Shown piece after piece: positions 50,430 through 59,384 of a DNA stretch of 64,000 nt; position 1 is the stretch's first letter; every line of letters starts with the position of its first letter. Below the pieces are notes generated by a model, which saw nothing but the letters and a program-made list of their open reading frames with translations, did not search any database and was not told where the DNA came from. A program made the translations under genes and the position numbers. Origin of the DNA: Candidatus Hodarchaeota archaeon (GTDB lineage: Archaea; Asgardarchaeota; Heimdallarchaeia; Hodarchaeales; Hodarchaeaceae); contig JAHQWW010000002.1 in NCBI GenBank assembly GCA_029856365.1, positions 32,001 through 96,000 of the forward strand. The letters are read 5' to 3'.

Positions 50430-51332
50430 TCAGAAGTTTTTAGGGGCCATTTCTAACCATTTTTTTAATTCCTCTGGTTGATATTCCAATAATTTGGATA
50501 AAAATCTATTAGTTTTTAGATGTGAGTCAGGAGAAATATTCAATTTCTCCAATGGAGTTTTAAACTTTTTTTTAATAATTTTATAGAAGTACCTTTCTTG
50601 GACGATCATTTGGTCTCTAATACTTACCATAATTTGGTTACTTATCTTATGGGCTGTCGAATAAAAAGATGGATCTGAATCACTCCATCCTCCTTTCCGA
50701 TAGTATCTAGTGAAAAAAAGAGGTTTACAAAAGGAGATTGAAATAAATGATTTGAATTTTGGGACAATTTTCCCTTGATTAAGTGCTTCATGAGAGCCAT
50801 GAATGTACATTGGCACCACAGGAATCTTCCCATTGAATCTTAATATTAGTCGTCCGACTCCCGATTTTGCCTGCCGAGTCAGATGATGATAATCATATAA
50901 TGGGTTACTAGGAATTCTTTTACCTTGTGGGGCGATGAGGACAGCAAAATTTTCTTTTAGTAGCCTTACGGCATAATCGAGAGCAGGTTCTGGATTTTGT
51001 GGATAGACTGGAAAAGCTCCAAGATATTTAAGTAAACCAAAGAATTTTTGTTCCATTGCTTTTCCACTTGCCATTAAACCACATGAAGTTCGATTTCCAA
51101 AGGGATAAACTAATGCACTTGCAAAAATAAAGGTATCTAAATGGGATCTGTGATTGAAGCAATAGAGAACTGCGGTTCCTTCAGGAAATCTATTCGAATT
51201 TTCAATGCCATTGATTTCAAATCGAAAATATAGTCGCATAAATCGTGGCAGGATTAACTTAACAAATTGATAGAATGACTTGTGTAGAAGTGACCACGAT
51301 TGTGGGGTAGTTTTTGGAGGAAAAAGAACCAT
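50430..51332 (-). CDS. plsC: 1-acyl-sn-glycerol-3-phosphate / lysophospholipid acyltransferase (PlsC family)
   Basis: NHRSHLD (NHx4D), LGAFPV, IAPQGKR (FPEGTR variant), KSGVGRL, PVVPMYI.G. Confidence 0.85.
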   Translation of the reverse strand: MVLFPPKTTPQSWSLLHKSFYQFVKLILPRFMRLYFRFEINGIENSNRFPEGTAVLYCFNHRSHLDTFIFASALVYPFGNRTSCGLMASGKAMEQKFFGLLKYLGAFPVYPQNPEPALDYAVRLLKENFAVLIAPQGKRIPSNPLYDYHHLTRQAKSGVGRLILRFNGKIPVVPMYIHGSHEALNQGKIVPKFKSFISISFCKPLFFTRYYRKGGWSDSDPSFYSTAHKISNQIMVSIRDQMIVQERYFYKIIKKKFKTPLEKLNISPDSHLKTNRFLSKLLEYQPEELKKWLEMAPKNF

Positions 51333-51706
51333 AATTAGACCCTTATTTAATAAAAGCAGTTTCTAAGATGACGATTATGCTAACGAGATTGCAATTTCAA
51401 AAAGCTACTGAAATGAAAGACCAATTCACTTATAATAATTCATTCACCATGTTTCTGCTTTGGAGCTAAAAACACACTTAAATTAGTCTATAATTCGAGT
51501 TAATATATCAGCCTTATGTTTAACGAATATACCTGTAAAAAGAATATATTTTGTCAATTTTCACTGATTTTTTATAAAATAGGTATAAAAACATTGGAAA
51601 ATTCCAGTAATAAAATTAAATATCAAAAAGAAATTTAATTTCACAATTAATATAAATAAAAGACTTTCAAATTGGAGTTAGGTAGATATTTGAGAAGAGG
51701 ATATAA

Positions 51707-52255
51707 TTGAATACTATCGAAAAGGAACAGAAAAAAGATTCCAACATACTCGAAATTTTTAATGTTATAATAATGAGTTCTGGTTATATTGGTTTGTTTT
51801 TTTCGGGTTTTATTTCACAAAATCAATCTTATTATCTACTTGTTGGGATTATGGGGTGGACTATTTGGATATTTGGTTTAATACTTGCTTTCTCTCCAAA
51901 TATTGTTTTTAAAAGGCGAGGAGGGGTTGCGAAGGGAAAATCATACATTTATACAACAAAATTAGTGAATGATGGGATTTATGGGCTAATACGACATCCT
52001 CAATATACTGGTGGTATGGTGATCGTTTTTTCTATGTGTTTAATTGTTCAGACACCATTAACATACATTTTAGCGATAATTGCTATGGTAACTACATATT
52101 TAGCAATAGTTTTTGAAGAAAAGCGTTTAATGATAAAATTTGGCTCTCAATATGAGAACTATAAAAATGAAGTTCCACGAGTAAACCTTCTAATAGGTTT
52201 AATACGAAAACTGAGAAAAAGAACCGAAAATGAAACATGTCTTTCGAATGATTAA
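51707..52255 (+). CDS. ICMT/PEMT-family membrane methyltransferase
   Basis: TTKLVNDGIYGLIRHPQYTG, EEKRLMIKFGSQYENYKNEVPR. Confidence 0.85.
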   Translation: MNTIEKEQKKDSNILEIFNVIIMSSGYIGLFFSGFISQNQSYYLLVGIMGWTIWIFGLILAFSPNIVFKRRGGVAKGKSYIYTTKLVNDGIYGLIRHPQYTGGMVIVFSMCLIVQTPLTYILAIIAMVTTYLAIVFEEKRLMIKFGSQYENYKNEVPRVNLLIGLIRKLRKRTENETCLSND

Positions 52256-52408
52256 AGAGAATAAAAAGGTGATAAGGCATTGAGGGAACACTTTACATCC
52301 AAAATCAGATCTTCCAAGATGACTCTTTCTAATTTTTCTCATCCTCCGTAGAATAATGATTGTTAAGATATATTCATACTATTTTTAATTAATCTGATTA
52401 GTTATTTA

Positions 52409-54241
52409 GTGTTAGATTGTACAAATATTAATTACATAATTCTAGTTACCTTAATATGGGGGCACCTTTGGAAATATCTATTTAGTAAAAGAAAAAGGGA
52501 TGTTAGTTTGTTGTTAAAAGAGATATGGCAAACGTCTTATTTACGCCCGATTTTGATTTATCTAATCATTTCTATTAGTACAATTACTATTGAGCTAATA
52601 TTCGTGGGTGAAATCTTTTGGGGATTTTGGATATCTTGGTTAGGGTCATTTTTCGTTGCACGCTACGTATTAAAAGCCTTAGATGAACTATTCAATCAAT
52701 TCCACATTACTAATAAAGTCAGGAATCTAATAAATCCATGGATCTTTGCGATTGTTGCATTCATATATTTCAGTATGATTACTTTTACTGGATATTTTAC
52801 TAGAACTGAAAGATCCGCTAATATTATCAGTTACGTTCTTCTTATGATTTTTATTTTTTTAATAATTGCTTCTATTACTCCAGCAATCCGAATATTTGCA
52901 GTAGCATTTCACCGACGGAAGACTGATATTTTTCCCATTAATCGAGTCGAATATGCTGCTATGCGATGTTTAAAAACTGGTGATTACAGCTTTTTGAAGC
53001 TAAAGAAAAGACTGAGAAATGTTTTCAATATCTTTATTCCAAACTTATATTTCGACGAAAAGACATCAAAATCTGCGATTTATCATTTATGTGGGCTTCG
53101 ATATGCTGACATTAAGGATAATACTGTTTCCTTAAATCAAGACGGAAAAGAACAGCTTTTAATTTGGGAAGAGACATTACAAAAGCAAGATGAAGGTTTT
53201 AAAAGGATATTAAATAGTCAAAGTGTATTAATTAGATCTTTCATATTTTTATTAGCTCTGAGCCTTCTAAAGATCTTTATTGGCTTTTTTAATTCAGAAT
53301 CATTATTAGCTGATGGTTGTGAGAATTTCCTCGATGTGCTAGCTGTTGTTTTAATTGCTTTAGGTATCAAATACGAGAAAGAAAAAATTGCTAATATCAT
53401 TATTGCTGGACTAATGTCTTTTACAGCGATAACACTCTTTTATGATTCATTTTTATTGTTATTTCACCCAGAACCTATTTCTAATTCAATTATTATTATT
53501 AGTATTTCTATCATATCGATTTTTTTGAATACATATCTTAGAACTTTAAAGAATTTTGTAGGTAAAAAGAATCGTAACTCCTCTCTTGTTGCTAGTGCTA
53601 TTGATAGTAAAATTAACATCTACATTTCTCTAGGTGTAATAATAGGAGCCTTCTGCTCTGAATTAGGAACATCCTTTAATATTCCTGAACTCTATTACTT
53701 AGACGTTATAATAGCAATTTTTGTTTCGTTCTTCATCGCAAAGGAGGTTTTCGAGATTATTACAGAGTTCATCACAGAAGCAGAAGAAGAGATAGATTTC
53801 GAGAGTTTTCAAATGAAATATGAACAGTCATTTGAGGAATACATTACTAAATGGATAATGTCAGTCATTTACAAGGGTGAAGACGGTGAATTTTCACCTG
53901 AGCGATTAAATCAGCACTTTCTAGGTTCTTTGATTAAAGGTGAGGAAATATATTCGGACTTTACTCACTTTGGGTTATACATTTTTCAGGAGAAAGGGAT
54001 AGTCTTTGTAATCAATAAATTACTTGATCAGAAGATATTAAATTTATCAAAAGAAAAAACATTGGCAATTACCGAGAAAGGTAAGTATCTGTATGAAGAA
54101 TTTTATTCTAGACAACTTTTAGAGGACATAGTAGATCCTTTTGATTTTTTCTTTGAATATGAGTACGATATACGCAATTTATTCAGAAGAAAGAGAGAGC
54201 TTTTGAAGAAATTTGAAACACAGACCCCTGTGACGTCATAG
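52409..54241 (+). CDS. Cation diffusion facilitator (CDF)-like transporter with extra N-terminal TMs and flanking wHTH-like domains
   Basis: KIFIGFFNSESLLADGCENFLD, SSLVASAIDSKIN, YYLDVIIAIFVS; wHTH-like wings SLNQDGKE and AITEKGKYL. Start uncertain. Confidence 0.7.
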   Translation: MLDCTNINYIILVTLIWGHLWKYLFSKRKRDVSLLLKEIWQTSYLRPILIYLIISISTITIELIFVGEIFWGFWISWLGSFFVARYVLKALDELFNQFHITNKVRNLINPWIFAIVAFIYFSMITFTGYFTRTERSANIISYVLLMIFIFLIIASITPAIRIFAVAFHRRKTDIFPINRVEYAAMRCLKTGDYSFLKLKKRLRNVFNIFIPNLYFDEKTSKSAIYHLCGLRYADIKDNTVSLNQDGKEQLLIWEETLQKQDEGFKRILNSQSVLIRSFIFLLALSLLKIFIGFFNSESLLADGCENFLDVLAVVLIALGIKYEKEKIANIIIAGLMSFTAITLFYDSFLLLFHPEPISNSIIIISISIISIFLNTYLRTLKNFVGKKNRNSSLVASAIDSKINIYISLGVIIGAFCSELGTSFNIPELYYLDVIIAIFVSFFIAKEVFEIITEFITEAEEEIDFESFQMKYEQSFEEYITKWIMSVIYKGEDGEFSPERLNQHFLGSLIKGEEIYSDFTHFGLYIFQEKGIVFVINKLLDQKILNLSKEKTLAITEKGKYLYEEFYSRQLLEDIVDPFDFFFEYEYDIRNLFRRKRELLKKFETQTPVTS

Positions 54242-54372
54242 TTCAATTATTAGAGCAAGAGAAGTATCAATTAGTCATATAAACGATTATCAGAGAATGA
54301 ATTGAATCCTTTTTAATAATGGAAGAGTAATAATCAACAATACATGTTCTGAAAATAAAGGTGATTACAACC

Positions 54373-55344
54373 ATGAAAGCTATAGTATGTGAAAAATTCG
54401 GGTCAGCTGATGTTCTTGAACTGAAAGAAATAGAAAAACCTCTACCTAAAGACAATGAAGTCCTCATAAGAAACCATGCTTCTGCAATGCAAGCATTAGA
54501 TATAACATTTAGAAGTGGTAGGAAGGTATTATCGGGATTGGATAGAATATTTATGAGTGGAATCAGAAAACCACGAGTGAAAGTTGTTGGCCTGGATTAT
54601 TCTGGTGAAGTTGTAACTGTAGGGAAGAATGTATCACAATTCAAGGAAGGAGATCAAGTTTATGGACTTTCCAAGAAAGGAGGCGCGTGTGCTGAATATC
54701 TGAGTGTTCCATCCACTTCGGAGTTGGCCATAAAACCTACTAATATGAGCTTTCAAGAAGCAGCAGCAGTTGTCGGAGGTGCAATTCCTGCATTAGCAGC
54801 TCTTAAAGATTTAGCTAAAATTCAACCAGGTCATAATGTCCTTATCAACGGAGCTTCGGGAGGAATAGGTACCTTTGCTGTACAAATCGCTAAAAATGTA
54901 TATAATACTGAAGTTACTGGTGTATGCGGCACAAATAATTTAAGTATGGTTAAGGACATTGGTGCAGATTTTGTAATAGATTATACAAAAGAAGATTTTA
55001 CAAAAAACGGTCAAATTTATGATGTTATATTCGATGCTGTTGGGAAAAATACATTTTCAAATTGTAAAAATTCATTGACTAAGAATGGAATTTACGTAAC
55101 TGTTGATTTCTATAATCCTAAAATGCATCTGTTACAGCTAATTACTAGTAAATTTACCAGTAAAAAAATAAAATCAGGGATGTTGGGGAATTTTGATGAT
55201 CTTAATTTACTTCGAGATTTGATTGAAGAAGGCAAGATCAGATCGGTCATTGATAAAGTGTATCCTTTACACCAAACTGCAGACGCTCATCGGCATTATG
55301 AGACAGGTCACGCCAAAGGTAGAATTGTCATCACTATCGATTGA
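54373..55344 (+). CDS. NAD(P)-dependent MDR-family oxidoreductase (quinone reductase/RTN4IP1-like)
   Basis: MKAIV, GLDYSGEV, VLINGASGGIGTFAVQIAK, IDYTKEDF, GHAKGRIVI. Confidence 0.9.
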   Translation: MKAIVCEKFGSADVLELKEIEKPLPKDNEVLIRNHASAMQALDITFRSGRKVLSGLDRIFMSGIRKPRVKVVGLDYSGEVVTVGKNVSQFKEGDQVYGLSKKGGACAEYLSVPSTSELAIKPTNMSFQEAAAVVGGAIPALAALKDLAKIQPGHNVLINGASGGIGTFAVQIAKNVYNTEVTGVCGTNNLSMVKDIGADFVIDYTKEDFTKNGQIYDVIFDAVGKNTFSNCKNSLTKNGIYVTVDFYNPKMHLLQLITSKFTSKKIKSGMLGNFDDLNLLRDLIEEGKIRSVIDKVYPLHQTADAHRHYETGHAKGRIVITID

Positions 55345-55956
55345 ACGAATAAGGAGACAGTCTAAGTTTAAAACATTTACACTGCTACAGTTAATCAACC
55401 CAACAATAAATCCCAAAAAGAGAAGATCATGAACATTGGGAATCCAGCCCTTAAAAAGGTATTCTAGGGGCTTTTGACGTGTGGCTACAATGAATTTTAA
55501 TGAGAAGGGTTTATTTGAAAAATAACGGAATTTTAATAGAATTATTTATACAAAAGAATTGTGGTCATAAATGGATATGTAATCAACGTTTAACCCATGA
55601 AAAGCTGTACATCTGCTTTATATACTCTTGATGTCATTTAACCTTTGGTTTACGACTAAAAAGCAACAAGACTTATGATAACAATGATGAGTATCAAATC
55701 TTGAATATATTTCTGATTCATTTTATATAGTCTTGATGCTATTCAATTATTTTGTAAATTTCCTTATGGATAAGTCCTATCGAATCTTAAACAAGAATAG
55801 GAATGATTTTTCTCCATTATAACTATACAATTCATAAATAATAATTTCTCTCTGTATCAGCAATAATCGTTCCTCCATTTTACTAAAATTTCCCCTACCT
55901 TTCTTCTAAACTAAGGATTTTCTTAACAGGAAGGATGTCTTCTTGTAAGGCTTAAA

Positions 55957-56250
55957 TTAAAAATACGGTAATATTCCCCATTCATGGAGTACTAAATTCG
56001 AATCAGAGGAATATGACGGAGGATTTTGAAGATTTAAACCTTCTATAGAAGGATGACATATGAAAAAGAGCCTTAATTGTTCATATGAATATTTGGTTGT
56101 TAAAATAAAGTGTTGATCTATCCAAATAGGATCAATCATTCTCAAAACATATTTTCCATCTTTTTGTAGAAGTTTACTATCATCATTAAACCACCATTCA
56201 ACAAAATCTTCAGCCTCATTCTGATATAATCCAATTGATAGTACATTCAT
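55957..56250 (-). pseudogene. Probable C-terminal gene remnant (GLY..EA..FVEWW, LHEWG)
   Basis: 97-aa ORF with conserved-looking aromatic motifs and no N-terminal domain; lies next to about 600 bp without a long ORF. Confidence 0.35.
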
Positions 56251-56338
56251 TAAAATTCGATTTTTTTAACAAAATATAAAAAAGCTTACATTATATATCA
56301 TTACTAACAAATGTTAATCATTTCGAGGTGACCTCAAC

Positions 56339-56728
56339 GTGCCAAATGTATTGATAAGAGATGTGGATACAGATACTTATACTAATTTTAAGGCGAAAGC
56401 AGCTCAAGAAGGACTCAAATTAGGCGAAGCGATTACAAAAGCAATGCAAGTGTGGATGGAAAGCAAAAAAACCTTGACAAAAAAAGATAAACAACGTCAA
56501 ATGAATCTGCTCACTTATAGAAAACTAAAAACAACTTTACACAAGGAATACTTTGGGAAGTGGATTCTGATTGGTCAAGGTGAATTTCTAACCTCTGGTG
56601 ATACTTTAGATCCAATAATTTCGAAGATAAAAGACTTGAAACTTGAAGGAGAGCACTGTTTTGTATTTCAAGTCGGTAAAGAAGTGCAAAAAAGAACCTT
56701 TGGATTTGGAAGGAGAGTACAGAGATGA
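56339..56728 (+). CDS. Ribbon-helix-helix + DUF5678-like protein (putative antitoxin/regulator)
   Basis: NVLIRDVDTDTYTNFKAKAAQEGLKLGEAITKAM (RHH); YRKLK..L.KEYFGKWILIGQGEFL.SGDTL (DUF5678-like); SD GAGGTGA. Confidence 0.7.
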   Translation: MPNVLIRDVDTDTYTNFKAKAAQEGLKLGEAITKAMQVWMESKKTLTKKDKQRQMNLLTYRKLKTTLHKEYFGKWILIGQGEFLTSGDTLDPIISKIKDLKLEGEHCFVFQVGKEVQKRTFGFGRRVQR

Positions 56729-57153
56729 ATGTAGAATATAGTTATGAAAAAACAGGATATAGTAATATTTTAGCGCCTAAAATTCCAGAGTTAACAATCA
56801 AGAACCTTCTTGGGTCAAAACAGAAGAGTTTAAATGTACTATTAGATACAGGATATGATGGTTTTCTTGTGATTCCAGAGGAAATTTATGAGGATCTAGA
56901 ATTACATACATTTGAGGTTATGGAAGATGAAATTCCCATAGTTGAAACTTTTTCAGGAGAAAAATTCATTTTAAGAACTGCTAATACTTTAATCGAAGTT
57001 GAAGAATTGTTAGATGAAACAATTATAGAAGTAGATACAACACCTTACTGTAAAGAGCCATTAATTGGAAGACAGCTATTGGAACTCTTTATCGCGGTAT
57101 TAGATGGACGAGAAAAAATACTCAAACTTGAATACCCAGAAAATGACGTCTAA
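56725..57153 (+). CDS. Clan AA (retropepsin-like) aspartic protease, AF_0612-like
   Basis: VLLDTGYDGFL and PLIGRQLL; ATGA overlap with the upstream gene. Confidence 0.85.
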   Translation: MNVEYSYEKTGYSNILAPKIPELTIKNLLGSKQKSLNVLLDTGYDGFLVIPEEIYEDLELHTFEVMEDEIPIVETFSGEKFILRTANTLIEVEELLDETIIEVDTTPYCKEPLIGRQLLELFIAVLDGREKILKLEYPENDV

Positions 57154-57322
57154 TTTTTGAAAAAAGGGTCAAATAACTCTAGAAATTCCTTTCCTTCCAA
57201 TGTTAAATGACATCATACGTATTAGTTTCATAGGAATAAAAAAAGAATAAGTTTTACAGTCCGATGTTTCGAATAAATGGAAAGTTCAATAATTAAAGCT
57301 TGAGGAAGTAGGTGATGAATGA

Positions 57323-58027
57323 GTGGAACTGATTGTTAGATGGGATAACCAGATCAGGAAGGAGTTTCGACATTTAAGAATTTCAATGATCCATCTGAGT
57401 GAGGTCACAATTTCAAAAACCCCCAAAAACATCAATCAGATTGAACAACAATATTTCACTCAAATAAAAGAGAAATTTAACCTAGTGAACATAAAGGATG
57501 ATTTGCGAATTAGGGCTTATCGTGATTTCTATTGGGCAATAAATATAGATCCCACAAAAACAAGGCCTGCTTCAGAAGCGCTAGTGCGCCGTATATTAGC
57601 TAAAAAACCTCTATGGCGCATAAATACGTTTGTCGATTCATATAATATCGCCTCAGCTGTAACTAGGATTACTCTAGGAGCTTATGACTTGAATACGATG
57701 CTAGAAGAATCCAAAAAAGTGTATTTAAACATAAGGATGTCTGAAACTAATGAAGAATTTCATGGAATAGGTATGAAGGAATTAAAACTTTTAAAAGGAA
57801 CGGAACTAGTTGTAGAATCAAATAATAAGATAATTTCTATTTATCCATATCGTGATGCCCATTTTTCACGAATTCAGAATCATACAAAGAATATACTCCT
57901 CTTAGCTTATGGCGTTCCTGAAATATCATCTGATAACCTAAAGGAATCGCTGGAGTTAACAGTCAAAATATATCGAAATTTTGACAATAATTTTCGAACA
58001 TCAGACATTCACACATTCTATCCATGA
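57323..58027 (+). CDS. Stand-alone B3/B4 domain protein (PheRS beta-related editing-type domain)
   Basis: AYRDFYW.INIDPTKTRPASEALVRR, INTFVDSYN, LGAYD, YPYRDA. Confidence 0.9.
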   Translation: MELIVRWDNQIRKEFRHLRISMIHLSEVTISKTPKNINQIEQQYFTQIKEKFNLVNIKDDLRIRAYRDFYWAINIDPTKTRPASEALVRRILAKKPLWRINTFVDSYNIASAVTRITLGAYDLNTMLEESKKVYLNIRMSETNEEFHGIGMKELKLLKGTELVVESNNKIISIYPYRDAHFSRIQNHTKNILLLAYGVPEISSDNLKESLELTVKIYRNFDNNFRTSDIHTFYP

Positions 58028-58328
58028 ATTTAGAAGATAGTGCTCCACCATAAAAGAATTTTTATCAAACTTTGTCATTCTACGAGTAGCAAACCTTGAT
58101 GAAATAGCAGCACATTCCAGTATTAATGTCTTCCAACATGCTAAAGAATCCTTTTCTTTGGACTAAATCTGAAGGAATTATCCTCCTTTGCATATGATTG
58201 TGGACATCGATCACGATTTCCTCTCCTATTCATAATTAAATGATTGTATCACCAGTACTTTCGACCTATAACTTTTTGTTTTTCCTTAATCAGTGTAAAA
58301 ATAAAAGCAATAAGAGCTGTTATGTAAA

Positions 58329-58823
58329 GTGGCCAAAAAGAAGGTTAAAATAGATAATTTTTATAACGCATACTGCCCCGTTGAAAACAACGCTCTCGCA
58401 GACTGGTTACTCAATCAATTGACTCCTAAGTTTCAGGGGGTTACTTGTGAATGGATTATACTTGAAATATTTCGTGCTTTAAAAAAACAAGTCAATCTTG
58501 AAAAGATTGAAGAAAAAGCTGCAAAAATAGCTCTGGATTTCTTCCTTTCTGAACTTGGAGAAATGACTGAAGAAAAAGTACTAAAAATAATCCCTGTAAC
58601 ACGATCTGCTATCATGGCATCTCGGAAACAAATTTTTGAACACAATCTTTATGCAGCTGACGCGTTACATGCAGCTATCGCTCTAGCTTCCCAGGTTAAA
58701 TCGTTTATTACTTTTAATAGTGATTTTCGTGGTAACTTAGAAAATATACCTATTTTGAATCCAATTGATCCTGACTTTAAAGATAAACTCATGAATCTCC
58801 TGGAAACTTTTTCCCAATCTTGA
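58329..58823 (+). CDS. PIN-domain (VapC-like) nuclease, N-terminus atypical
   Basis: TCEWIILEI, LYAADALHAAIAL, FITFNSDF. Confidence 0.75.
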   Translation: MAKKKVKIDNFYNAYCPVENNALADWLLNQLTPKFQGVTCEWIILEIFRALKKQVNLEKIEEKAAKIALDFFLSELGEMTEEKVLKIIPVTRSAIMASRKQIFEHNLYAADALHAAIALASQVKSFITFNSDFRGNLENIPILNPIDPDFKDKLMNLLETFSQS

Positions 58824-59384
58824 ACTTAAATTTAAACACAAAAATAATCACTTATAACAAATTATATAAACATTATGGTCGTTTCGGGGATTTCCTTCCC
58901 TCTTACAAAGTAGATACGCTTTGTTTATCCATGATTGAGGAGATAATGAAAAGTTATAATGCTTTGAAAGATGGGTGATTTGAATTTTCCTTTTCCTTGT
59001 TCCAATATTTATATCTTGATTAAATACTGGTTTTAATGGAATAACTCCTAATTTTAAAAGGATTTTTGATGCTATTTCTCTAACGCTCATGATCAAGGAG
59101 GATAAAAATCGTAATCTGAACTATGAGGAAAATATCTTGATTTTCAGGAGTAAATAAGCCTCTAAGGAATCCCATCAAATATTGAATGTGGCTAAGAGTA
59201 AGTTATAAGTATTAATACTCTGGTGTAAAGGAGATCATTCTCCTGATACTCCACCACCCGTACCCTCTTATAAAAAGACCTCAAGAAGAAAACCAACCTC
59301 TCATTAGAAAGGTTTTTATTGGTAAAGTCTATTATTTGAATGTCTCGGTATATTGGAAAGAAAGGCATTTAATCGTGAGGAAAG

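Noticed and set aside
46441-52255. Rab + prenyltransferase-fold protein + ICMT as a eukaryote-like prenylation pathway
   Set aside because: The GTPase lacks any C-terminal cysteine, the genes are not co-transcribed, and ICMT-like genes are common in prokaryotes.
58030-58260. Minus-strand VIDVHNHM (amidohydrolase-like start) and neighbouring short ORFs such as 58848-59096
   Set aside because: Too short, with no further motifs; cannot be supported as genes.
59221-59256. Hairpin TGGTG..AGGAGA-tcat-TCTCCT..CACCA as a tRNA fragment or att site
   Set aside because: No T-loop/D-loop consensus and no second copy seen; at most a small leader hairpin.
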